Of a stretch of DNA of 20,000 nt, positions 10,371 to 20,000 are shown piece after piece. Both the position numbers and the translations under genes were made by a program. The notes beneath the pieces are model-generated. The model was not told where the DNA came from. It did no database searches and was given only the letters and a program-made list of their open reading frames with translations. The DNA is taken from the sequence record DRR378314_445, one strand, 5' to 3'. How positions within the stretch are numbered: position 1 is the first letter of the stretch; the number at the start of each line of letters is the position of its first letter.

Positions 10371-11156
10371 GTGCGACTTTCTTTATTATTCGCTAGTTTG
10401 TTTTTACCCGTTGTAGCAAGTGCGCAAACGTTTATGTTTGACGATGCTGACGACATCGATACTGAAACCGTAGAAGAGTGGGAAGCCAGCGCCGAATTCG
10501 GCCTGCTTTACACCTCAGGTAACACTGAAACAGAAAGTCTGAAAGGCAAGTTTACCGCATCGCGGGACGTGCAGAACTGGCGCCATAAAGGTGTTTTCGA
10601 TTATTACACCTCGGAGCAGGAGAACCAGGATACTGGTGAGAGCGTAGAAACCGCTGACCGTATGTTTATATCGGCTCAGAGTAACTATAAGTTTGCACCA
10701 GATAGCCGTGACTCATTATTTGTCTTCGGTTCCTATGAAGAAGATGAATTCAGTGGTTTTAACTATCAGGCTACTGTCGCAACGGGTTATGGTGCTCGTT
10801 ATCGTTATGATCAAGACATTTACGCCGACTATGAAATTGGTCCGGGTTATTCACGCACGAAACCTGTGCAGGTTGAAGGTGAACCACCGGTTGAATCCGA
10901 TGGCTCAATGATTCTGCGTGTAGCTGGTAGCTTAAACTGGAAAATCAGTGAAAACTCACGTTTCAGCGCCTTACTCTCTTCTGAAGTTGGTGAAGACAAT
11001 ACGAAGAGTAAAGCCGAGTTGTCAGTCTCAGCAAACATCAACAGTTCGCTGGCTATGAAGGTGTCACTGGGAGCAAATCATAACTCTCAGGTTGCTGATG
11101 AAACTATCGAGAAACTTGATACTGAAACAGCTGTTACGCTGGTTTATTCTTTCTAA
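10371..11156 (+). CDS. DUF481 (YdiY-like) outer-membrane beta-barrel protein
   Basis: GTG start after GAGG, signal peptide (VVASA|Q), WEASAEFG..TSGNTET motif, alternating beta-strand pattern and C-terminal LVYSF barrel signal. Confidence 0.85.
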   Translation: MRLSLLFASLFLPVVASAQTFMFDDADDIDTETVEEWEASAEFGLLYTSGNTETESLKGKFTASRDVQNWRHKGVFDYYTSEQENQDTGESVETADRMFISAQSNYKFAPDSRDSLFVFGSYEEDEFSGFNYQATVATGYGARYRYDQDIYADYEIGPGYSRTKPVQVEGEPPVESDGSMILRVAGSLNWKISENSRFSALLSSEVGEDNTKSKAELSVSANINSSLAMKVSLGANHNSQVADETIEKLDTETAVTLVYSF

Positions 11157-11189
11157 GAAAACTTAGCGCTATACCTCAGAAAACCTCAG

Positions 11190-11216
11190 AGCCGTGGCAA
11201 TTGCCGCGGCTTTTTT
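11190..11216 (+). terminator. Rho-independent terminator of the tkt-epd-pgk-fba-DUF481 unit
   Basis: AGCCGTGGC-AATT-GCCGCGGCT stem-loop running into a T6 tract. Confidence 0.9.
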
Positions 11217-11246
11217 CATTAAGCTGTCATAAAAACGTCTTAAGCT
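11213..11246 (+). promoter_or_regulatory. Pho box (PhoB site) with correctly spaced -10 element
   Basis: TTTTCAT-TAAG-CTGTCAT (11213-11230), a weaker third half-site ACGTCTT in the same 11-bp register, and TAAGCT (11241-11246) exactly 10 bp after the box, the same geometry as the E. coli phoA promoter. Confidence 0.75.
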
Positions 11247-11274
11247 AGCCCGGTGATATCAACTGGGCTTATTT

Positions 11275-13197
11275 ATGCGCGTTTCAACTTTTAGTCGTGT
11301 TTCTTCTTTTTCTTTGCTGGGCTTGTCGTTGGTGTTTTTGTCAGTGCTTATTTGGGCTAATAGTCAATTGCAGCACTTTGAACAACAGCAGAATATTTAC
11401 TCATCGATAAAAGAGAAACTGATGGTTGAAGTAGTAACCGAGCTCAGTGGTTATCTGCAATCGGGGAATGCGCTTTTACTGAACCAGGCCGAGGCATCGG
11501 TCAATGAGGTGAACGCCCAGCTTGGCATGCTGAATTTAGCCTCCACTTCGGTTATGCAGGAACAGTTGGATATCATCCGCAGCAGAATATCTGACGACTA
11601 CCGCGCCATAGGTAAACTCTCTGGTCAGGAGGCTGCTCTGCTGGTAAATGCCGAGCGGTCTTTATTTAACGAATTATCTCGTTTGTTTGACTACGTGCAA
11701 AAAGGTAGCAGCAATAACCCGGCGGCTGCCGAAACTTATCAAAGTATCGGTAGCGACTTAGTGTTATTAATTGCTGACCTGGTGCATACGCGGGAACGTT
11801 TATCTAATGGTGAGGCCGAGGAGCAGGCACTGGAGCAAGTGCTTACCGCTATGCAAAAAGAAATTGCCCGGCTGCAGCAATTACCCAAGCTAGGTGTAAA
11901 AGAAGAGCTGCCCGACCAGTCAATGATGCTTGTACCGCGAGAAGCCAAAGAGCTGGGGCCGAAAATCATTTCAGAAATGAACAGCTTAATTCAGCGGTAC
12001 CCAAAAGAGCTGTCCTCTACATTACAGCTTATTCAGTCGAGACGTGAAGCCTTTGCTTCAATCTCCGATGACATTGCCAACATTCAGTCACTGGCTGTAA
12101 AGGTAGAGCAGAGTCTCTTGAAAGATCAGCAAGCCAGCCTGATGCAGATAAAGCTGAGTCTTGTGGCCTTGGTGGCGGTGCTGTTGGTGTTTGCCATACT
12201 GAACTTTGTGTTACTTAAACGCATGGTTCTGACCCCTCTGCGAAGCTTACGCAATGCCATGGAGACTTTGTTGGTTAAGCAGGAACTCAACTATTTACCC
12301 AACGCCGATCGTGACACCGAGATGGCGGAGATTGCCCGGTTCTTTAACGGCATACTTGAACAGACTCAGCGTAGCGACGAGGAAAAGTCTCAGCAAATGA
12401 CGGTAGTTAATGAAGCGTTGAAGCGGGTAATACAAGAGTTACAGCAGATTGTGCAATCCTCTGCCGATACGCAGTCATCCGCATCGGATACTATTCACGG
12501 TATTACTGAGCTGAGCGAATTAACTGAAGAATTAAACCAGTGCACCAATACTCTGGAAAAGAATGCGCTAGATACCCAAGACTCAATGAAACAGAGTCGC
12601 CAACATATTCTTAAATTAAGAGACGCCTCAGAGCTGAATGAAAAAGCAATCGAAACGGCCAAACGCTCCGCCGAAGAGCTGGACCATTCGGTAAATGAGG
12701 TAAAAGACGCGCTGTCCATTATTTCAGGCATTGCCGATCAAACCAATTTACTGGCGCTGAATGCCGCCATTGAAGCTGCCAGAGCGGGCGAGCAAGGGCG
12801 CGGTTTTGCAGTGGTGGCTGACGAAGTCCGGCAGCTGGCGCAGAAAACACAGTCCTCTCTTGGTGGTATTAACGACTCTCTGAACCAACTGACGGACGCA
12901 TCGCTTTCCATTGAAAAAGGCTACCAGGACATTGCCGAGGCAAGTCATTCGCAACAGCAATTCGTTGAACGCCTGGTAGAAACTGCAAATGAGGTTTCTG
13001 CTCAGGCGCAGGCTTCAACCGAGGAAGCTAAAACTTCATTTCGGTTGGCGGAACAGCAAACAGACAAAGTTAACGGATTCTCAGTGCAGTTACAGCAATT
13101 AGTAAACGAAATGGACAACGCACACCAGTTGTTAAGACAAGTGGAAGCTGAAGTGGATACTCAGCGAACTCAAATAGAACGGGCGTTCAGCGAGTGA
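11275..13197 (+). CDS. Methyl-accepting chemotaxis protein, CtpL-like (putative inorganic phosphate chemoreceptor)
   Basis: Two TM helices flank a periplasmic helical domain of about 270 aa, followed by HAMP and the MCP signalling tip [37 protein letters not shown]. Periplasmic motifs [27 protein letters not shown] and [10 protein letters not shown] match my recollection of P. aeruginosa CtpL. The MCP call is secure; the CtpL assignment is from memory. Confidence 0.9.
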   Translation: MRVSTFSRVSSFSLLGLSLVFLSVLIWANSQLQHFEQQQNIYSSIKEKLMVEVVTELSGYLQSGNALLLNQAEASVNEVNAQLGMLNLASTSVMQEQLDIIRSRISDDYRAIGKLSGQEAALLVNAERSLFNELSRLFDYVQKGSSNNPAAAETYQSIGSDLVLLIADLVHTRERLSNGEAEEQALEQVLTAMQKEIARLQQLPKLGVKEELPDQSMMLVPREAKELGPKIISEMNSLIQRYPKELSSTLQLIQSRREAFASISDDIANIQSLAVKVEQSLLKDQQASLMQIKLSLVALVAVLLVFAILNFVLLKRMVLTPLRSLRNAMETLLVKQELNYLPNADRDTEMAEIARFFNGILEQTQRSDEEKSQQMTVVNEALKRVIQELQQIVQSSADTQSSASDTIHGITELSELTEELNQCTNTLEKNALDTQDSMKQSRQHILKLRDASELNEKAIETAKRSAEELDHSVNEVKDALSIISGIADQTNLLALNAAIEAARAGEQGRGFAVVADEVRQLAQKTQSSLGGINDSLNQLTDASLSIEKGYQDIAEASHSQQQFVERLVETANEVSAQAQASTEEAKTSFRLAEQQTDKVNGFSVQLQQLVNEMDNAHQLLRQVEAEVDTQRTQIERAFSE

Positions 13198-13218
13198 TGA
13201 ATTAATCAAATCTTACGG

Positions 13219-13247
13219 TTCCCTTTACCTTTAGATTTCGCTAACAT
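13219..13247 (+). promoter_or_regulatory. Candidate sigma70 promoter for DUF47-pit
   Basis: TTCCCT (13219-13224), 17 bp spacer, TAACAT (13242-13247). Confidence 0.35.
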
Positions 13248-13288
13248 TCGCCGCAGCTAACATCGGCTGAAAAAAATCGGATAATGTT

Positions 13289-13969
13289 ATGTCAGTGAAC
13301 TCATTTCTTGGGGTATTTGCAAAGTCCCCTATTAAACCGATGATTGAGCACATGGACGAAGTGCACCGCTGCGCCTATGCGCTTAAAGATTTCTTTAAAG
13401 CGGTTTATTCGAAGGATTGGAAGAGCGCAGAAGTGGCTCGTGCAACCATCGTAAAACACGAATCAACCGCGGATGATATGAAGCGTAAAATCCGTCTGAA
13501 CCTTCCCAGTGGCTTATTTATGCCTGTAGAGCGAGCGGACTTGCTTGAGCTGGTTTCTCAGCAGGACAAAATTGCCAATAAAGCCAAAGACATCTCCGGT
13601 CTGGTTACGGGGCGTGAGTTGATTATCCCGGAACCACTGATTAAAGATTTTGATGCTTACTTAAACCGTTGTCTGGATGCGACCGATAAAGCCCGCGAAA
13701 CCATCGGCGAGTTTGATGACTTGCTGGAAACAGGTTTTAAAGGACGCGAACGAGACCTTGTCGATAACTTCATTATAGAACTTGATGCCATTGAAGCCGA
13801 CACCGATCAACTTCAAATTAAACTGCGTCAGGATCTACGTAAAATCGAGCTCGATATGAACCCTGTAGATGCGATGTTCTTATACCGTATTCTTGACTGG
13901 GTTGGCGACTTAGCTGACCTGGCTGAACGAGTCGGTGCACGTTTCGAACTAATGCTAGCGCGCGTCTAA
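13289..13969 (+). CDS. TIGR00153/DUF47 PhoU-like phosphate transport regulator (Pit accessory protein)
   Basis: LGVFAKSPIKP N-terminus, repeated ExxAD/ExxTD motifs, LFMPVER.DLL and VGDLADLAERVG; directly upstream of PiT. Confidence 0.92.
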   Translation: MSVNSFLGVFAKSPIKPMIEHMDEVHRCAYALKDFFKAVYSKDWKSAEVARATIVKHESTADDMKRKIRLNLPSGLFMPVERADLLELVSQQDKIANKAKDISGLVTGRELIIPEPLIKDFDAYLNRCLDATDKARETIGEFDDLLETGFKGRERDLVDNFIIELDAIEADTDQLQIKLRQDLRKIELDMNPVDAMFLYRILDWVGDLADLAERVGARFELMLARV

Positions 13970-13983
13970 GCGGAGTCTGATTT

Positions 13984-15255
13984 ATGGATATTATTTCTAG
14001 CTATAGCGTCCTGCTTATCGGGATGGCCGCGGTTTTCGGTTTCTTTATGGCCTGGGGTATCGGGGCCAATGACGTTGCCAATGCTATGGGAACGTCGGTT
14101 GGTTCTAAAGCACTGACAATAAAACAGGCAATTCTTATTGCCATGATTTTTGAGTTTGCAGGTGCTTACCTGGCTGGCGGTGAAGTTACCTCAACCATTC
14201 GAAAAGGCATTATCGATTCTGCTTACTTCGTCGATCAGCCTGAATTGCTTGTGTTCGGCATGATTTCGGCGTTACTAGCTGCCGGGTTCTGGCTCTTAAT
14301 TGCCTCTTATCTGGGCTGGCCGGTATCAACCACTCACTCCATTATTGGCGCTATTGTTGGTTTCTCCGCCGTTGGCGTTAGCATGGAGTCGGTTCAGTGG
14401 ATGAAAGTTGGAGGTGTCGTTGGAAGCTGGGTCGTCACTCCGGCTATATCCGGGTTCATCGCCTACCTCATATTTATGAGCGCACAAAAGCTCATTTTTG
14501 ACCGCTCTAATCCGTTAGCAATGGCTAAGCGTTATGTTCCTTATTATATGGGGTTAGCGGGTTTTGTGTTGTCGCTGGTCACCATTAAAAAAGGTCTTAA
14601 GCACGTAGGGTTAAACCTTGGCAGCATTGAAGGTTACCTGTGGGCATTAGGTATTGCGGTGCTGGTCTTTGTTATTGGTAAGATGGCAATTGGACGTCTT
14701 AAGTTTAACCCTTCAGACGACAAAGACATGCACTACACCAACGTGGAGAAGGTCTTCGCGATATTAATGGTTGTAACCGCCTGTGCTATGGCCTTTGCTC
14801 ATGGTTCAAATGACGTTGCTAACGCTATCGGGCCACTGGCCGCTGTAGTGAGCGTGGTTACCAGCGGTGGTGATATTGGCAGTAAAGCGACATTAGCCTG
14901 GTGGGTATTACCTTTAGGCGCTGTTGGTATTGTGGCTGGTCTTGCCATGCTGGGTAAACGTGTTATTGCCACCATTGGTAATGGTATTACGCACTTAACC
15001 CCCAGTCGTGGTTTTGCGGCGGAACTTGCTGCTGCGTCAACCGTGGTTCTTGCCTCAGGTACCGGGTTGCCAATATCAACCACGCAAACTCTGGTAGGTG
15101 CTGTTTTAGGTGTCGGCATGGCGCGCGGTATTGCCGCTCTGAATCTTGGTGTTGTTCGCAACATCGTTATTTCGTGGGTCGTTACCTTGCCGGCGGGTGC
15201 CATTATGTCGATTATTTTCTTCTACATTTTAAAAGCAATTTTCGGCGTAGCATAA
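13984..15255 (+). CDS. PiT-family inorganic phosphate transporter
   Basis: GIGANDVANAMG, PVSTTHS, FAHGSNDVANAIGP and PISTTQ signatures; multiple TM helices. Confidence 0.96.
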   Translation: MDIISSYSVLLIGMAAVFGFFMAWGIGANDVANAMGTSVGSKALTIKQAILIAMIFEFAGAYLAGGEVTSTIRKGIIDSAYFVDQPELLVFGMISALLAAGFWLLIASYLGWPVSTTHSIIGAIVGFSAVGVSMESVQWMKVGGVVGSWVVTPAISGFIAYLIFMSAQKLIFDRSNPLAMAKRYVPYYMGLAGFVLSLVTIKKGLKHVGLNLGSIEGYLWALGIAVLVFVIGKMAIGRLKFNPSDDKDMHYTNVEKVFAILMVVTACAMAFAHGSNDVANAIGPLAAVVSVVTSGGDIGSKATLAWWVLPLGAVGIVAGLAMLGKRVIATIGNGITHLTPSRGFAAELAAASTVVLASGTGLPISTTQTLVGAVLGVGMARGIAALNLGVVRNIVISWVVTLPAGAIMSIIFFYILKAIFGVA

Positions 15256-15268
15256 ACTTGCGATAAAC

Positions 15269-15302
15269 GGGCAGCCTGCAACAGTGACAGGCTGCCTACT
15301 TT
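15269..15302 (+). terminator. Stem-loop after pit (probable terminator, weak U-tract)
   Basis: GGGCAGCCTG-N9-CAGGCTGCCT followed by ACTTT. Confidence 0.55.
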
Positions 15303-15318
15303 CCAGTAAAATCCGCGC
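15284..15318 (+). promoter_or_regulatory. sigma70 promoter of queA-tgt with GC-rich discriminator
   Basis: GTGACA (15284-15289), 17 bp spacer, TAAAAT (15307-15312), then CCGCGC, typical of stringently controlled translation-related promoters. Confidence 0.7.
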
Positions 15319-15348
15319 TTCACTACATCTCGCAATTACAGCACGGAT

Positions 15349-16404
15349 ATGTCAGATACCAATCATTCTACTTTAAAAGTCAGTGACTTTTCATTTGAGC
15401 TTCCCGATGAGCTTATTGCCCGCTATCCGCAGGAGCAACGTAGTGCCAGTAGGTTGCTCTCGGTAAAAGCCAATGAAAACAGCATTGAGCATAAACACTT
15501 TAAAAATATTGTGGATGAGATAAACGCCGGTGACTTGTTGGTGTTTAATGACACTAGGGTTATTCCTGCGCGTTTGCGGGGCGAAAAAGTGTCCGGTGGT
15601 AAAGTCGAGGTTCTGGTCGAGCGCCTACTGGATGACCATAGGGTGCTTGCGCATGTCCGTGCTAACCGCGCTCCCAAAGCGGGTGCTGAATTGCTGTTGG
15701 AAGGCCACGTAAAGATAACCATGCTGGCGCGCCACGACGCACTCTTTGAACTGAAGTTTGAACACGATGAAACCGTGCTGGAACTGCTTGAGCAATACGG
15801 GCATATGCCTTTGCCGCCGTACATTGACCGTCCGGATGAAAGCTCTGATAAAGAGCGTTACCAAACCGTTTATAACCGCGAGCCGGGTGCTGTTGCTGCC
15901 CCTACCGCCGGTCTGCATTTTGACGACGAAATACTGCAACAGCTACGCGATAAAGGCGTGAACTTCGCCTATGTGACTCTGCACGTAGGCGCCGGAACCT
16001 TCCAGCCGGTGCGTGTGGAAGACATTAACGACCATGTTATGCACAGCGAATACGCGAAAGTCAGTGCTGAAACCTGTAATGCCATTAAGCAGACCAAAGC
16101 CTCGGGTGGCCGGGTTATTGCTGTAGGCACAACCTCGGTTCGTTCGCTGGAATCGGCCGCTCAGGCATCAACTAGTGAAACCATAGAACCGTTTTTTGAT
16201 GACACCGATATTTTTATTTATCCGGGTTATGAATTTAAAGTGGTCGATAGCATGATAACCAACTTTCACCTGCCCGAGTCCACGCTCATTATGTTGGTTT
16301 CGGCATTTGTTGGTCGTGATTTAATTATGAAGGCTTATAATGAAGCCATTAAAGAGCGCTATCGCTTTTTTAGCTACGGCGACGCCATGCTGTTACAGCG
16401 CTAA
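15349..16404 (+). CDS. queA: S-adenosylmethionine:tRNA ribosyltransferase-isomerase
   Basis: [63 protein letters not shown] and [10 protein letters not shown] motifs. Confidence 0.98.
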   Translation: MSDTNHSTLKVSDFSFELPDELIARYPQEQRSASRLLSVKANENSIEHKHFKNIVDEINAGDLLVFNDTRVIPARLRGEKVSGGKVEVLVERLLDDHRVLAHVRANRAPKAGAELLLEGHVKITMLARHDALFELKFEHDETVLELLEQYGHMPLPPYIDRPDESSDKERYQTVYNREPGAVAAPTAGLHFDDEILQQLRDKGVNFAYVTLHVGAGTFQPVRVEDINDHVMHSEYAKVSAETCNAIKQTKASGGRVIAVGTTSVRSLESAAQASTSETIEPFFDDTDIFIYPGYEFKVVDSMITNFHLPESTLIMLVSAFVGRDLIMKAYNEAIKERYRFFSYGDAMLLQR

Positions 16405-16423
16405 ACTTAATACACTGAAGTGA

Positions 16424-18864
<2,441 letters not shown>

Positions 18865-18959
18865 ACTCGTATCCTTACTACTTAAGCTCAAATCCAGTCT
18901 AACGATGACAAACACCAAACAACAGGTTTTGAGGAAGAGCTTACAGTGTATGCATTAAA

Positions 18960-18977
18960 TGACGTCAATTGACATCA
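18960..18977. promoter_or_regulatory. 18-bp near-perfect palindrome in the divergent intergenic region (putative operator)
   Basis: TGACGTCAATTGACATCA has one mismatched pair and contains TTGACA. Confidence 0.45.
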
Positions 18978-19065
18978 AATAAAAATAATTAGTCTGTGGC
19001 TTAAAAAACCTTAGATATAAGCTATGATGAGTTTCATAAAAATAATAAAGCAGGGGTTAACACTG

Positions 19066-19824
19066 ATGCGGGAGAACAGCGATGTTTTGGCAAACAGTGG
19101 ATTCAGGCAGTCCGTCGAAGTCCAGATTAAAGATAAGCAGAGCTATAAACGCTTAAATATGACGCTGGTGGGTCAACAGCATCCCGATTATCTTATTCTG
19201 GAACTTTCCAGACAGTATTGCTGGCAAGATATCTTGCCAATGCTGGCTACAGAAAAGAATGTTGCAATAAAAACGGTCTCTCCAAAAGGCGAGCAGGTAA
19301 CCGGCGTGGTCGACATTCTCCACATTACTCAATACCCACAAAAACTTTTGTTTGTCAGTTACCCCAGAAATGCCAGTGTGGAAATTCTGCGGTCGTCACC
19401 AAGGGTTGGCGTAAATTGCGATGCAAGACTCCAGCTGCAGCTAAAAGATAAACTCGGTGAGCCTCTTACCGGTAAAATTGTGGATATTTCCAATAAAGGT
19501 ATCGCATTTAATTACTTTGGCACCTCGCCGGTTAATATCGAGGACAGCAGAGGTTTAGAAGCTGAAGTCAGAGTCAAAACAGATGACGAAACCATTTTGC
19601 TTCAGCAACTGATAACCCGAAGTATTCGGTCGGTCGGCCCGCAGTTATGGCAACTCGGTTTGTCGTACAAAGAAAAACCAAATAATTTACAGGATTTAGT
19701 CAGTAAGCTTTTCCTTCACTCTACGCCAGTCCGCGAACTGCTTAGCGATAATGACCCTGGATGGGATGCTTCGGATAACACTTTACAAGGCGAATCTGAG
19801 TCGGTACAATTCAGCACCAATTGA
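19066..19824 (+). CDS. YcgR/flagellar-brake-like PilZ domain protein (c-di-GMP receptor)
   Basis: N-terminal barrel-like region ending PQKLLFVSYP, then the PilZ motifs RxxxR (LRSSPRV) and DxSxxG (DISNKG). Likely start is ATG at 19066 after CAGGGG; the ORF track starts at 19024. Confidence 0.85.
   Translation: MRENSDVLANSGFRQSVEVQIKDKQSYKRLNMTLVGQQHPDYLILELSRQYCWQDILPMLATEKNVAIKTVSPKGEQVTGVVDILHITQYPQKLLFVSYPRNASVEILRSSPRVGVNCDARLQLQLKDKLGEPLTGKIVDISNKGIAFNYFGTSPVNIEDSRGLEAEVRVKTDDETILLQQLITRSIRSVGPQLWQLGLSYKEKPNNLQDLVSKLFLHSTPVRELLSDNDPGWDASDNTLQGESESVQFSTN
19782..19818 (+). promoter_or_regulatory. sigma70 promoter for rpsU, inside the 3' end of the PilZ gene
   Basis: TTTACA (19782-19787), 17 bp spacer, TACAAT (19805-19810), then TCAGCACC; about 70 nt upstream of the rpsU ATG. 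Confidence 0.7.
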
Positions 19825-19859
19825 ACCCGTAGTGGTTAATTTTTAACCGAAACAGATAA

Positions 19860-20000
<141 letters not shown>

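Noticed and set aside
13240..13277. GCTAACAT direct repeat and small CAGCT/GGCTG hairpin followed by A7 before the DUF47 gene
   Set aside because: The stem is weak and followed by A rather than U on the coding strand, so it is not a terminator. The 16-bp repeat period does not fit a Pho box.
19002..19028. Possible sigma28 promoter (TAAA-N15-GCTATGAT) for the PilZ gene
   Set aside because: The -10 match to GCCGATAA is poor, and TAAA is common in this AT-rich region.

Overview
A mostly core-genome window from a marine gammaproteobacterium (Alteromonadales-like; protein style and gene order suggest Idiomarina, by inference only). Left to right: a secreted protein running off the left edge (absent from the ORF track), a 96-aa hypothetical, and ruvX/yqgF, yqgE, gshB and rsmE, all on the minus strand. 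The plus strand then carries metK (with tandem Met boxes), tkt-epd-pgk-fba and a DUF481 beta-barrel ending in an intrinsic terminator. Next is a phosphate module: a Pho-box promoter, a CtpL-like chemoreceptor, a DUF47/TIGR00153 protein and a PiT transporter. After queA-tgt comes an accessory divergent pair, a membrane-anchored degenerate Hanks-type kinase with a TPR-like C-terminus and a YcgR-like PilZ protein, followed by the 5' part of rpsU. The most notable items are the kinase lacking its activation segment paired with a c-di-GMP receptor at a double synteny break, the PhoB-box/CtpL-like/PiT cluster, and a metK gene flipped relative to the usual order so that its MetJ operator abuts rsmE-gshB. 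No rRNA, tRNA, CRISPR array or IS element was seen.
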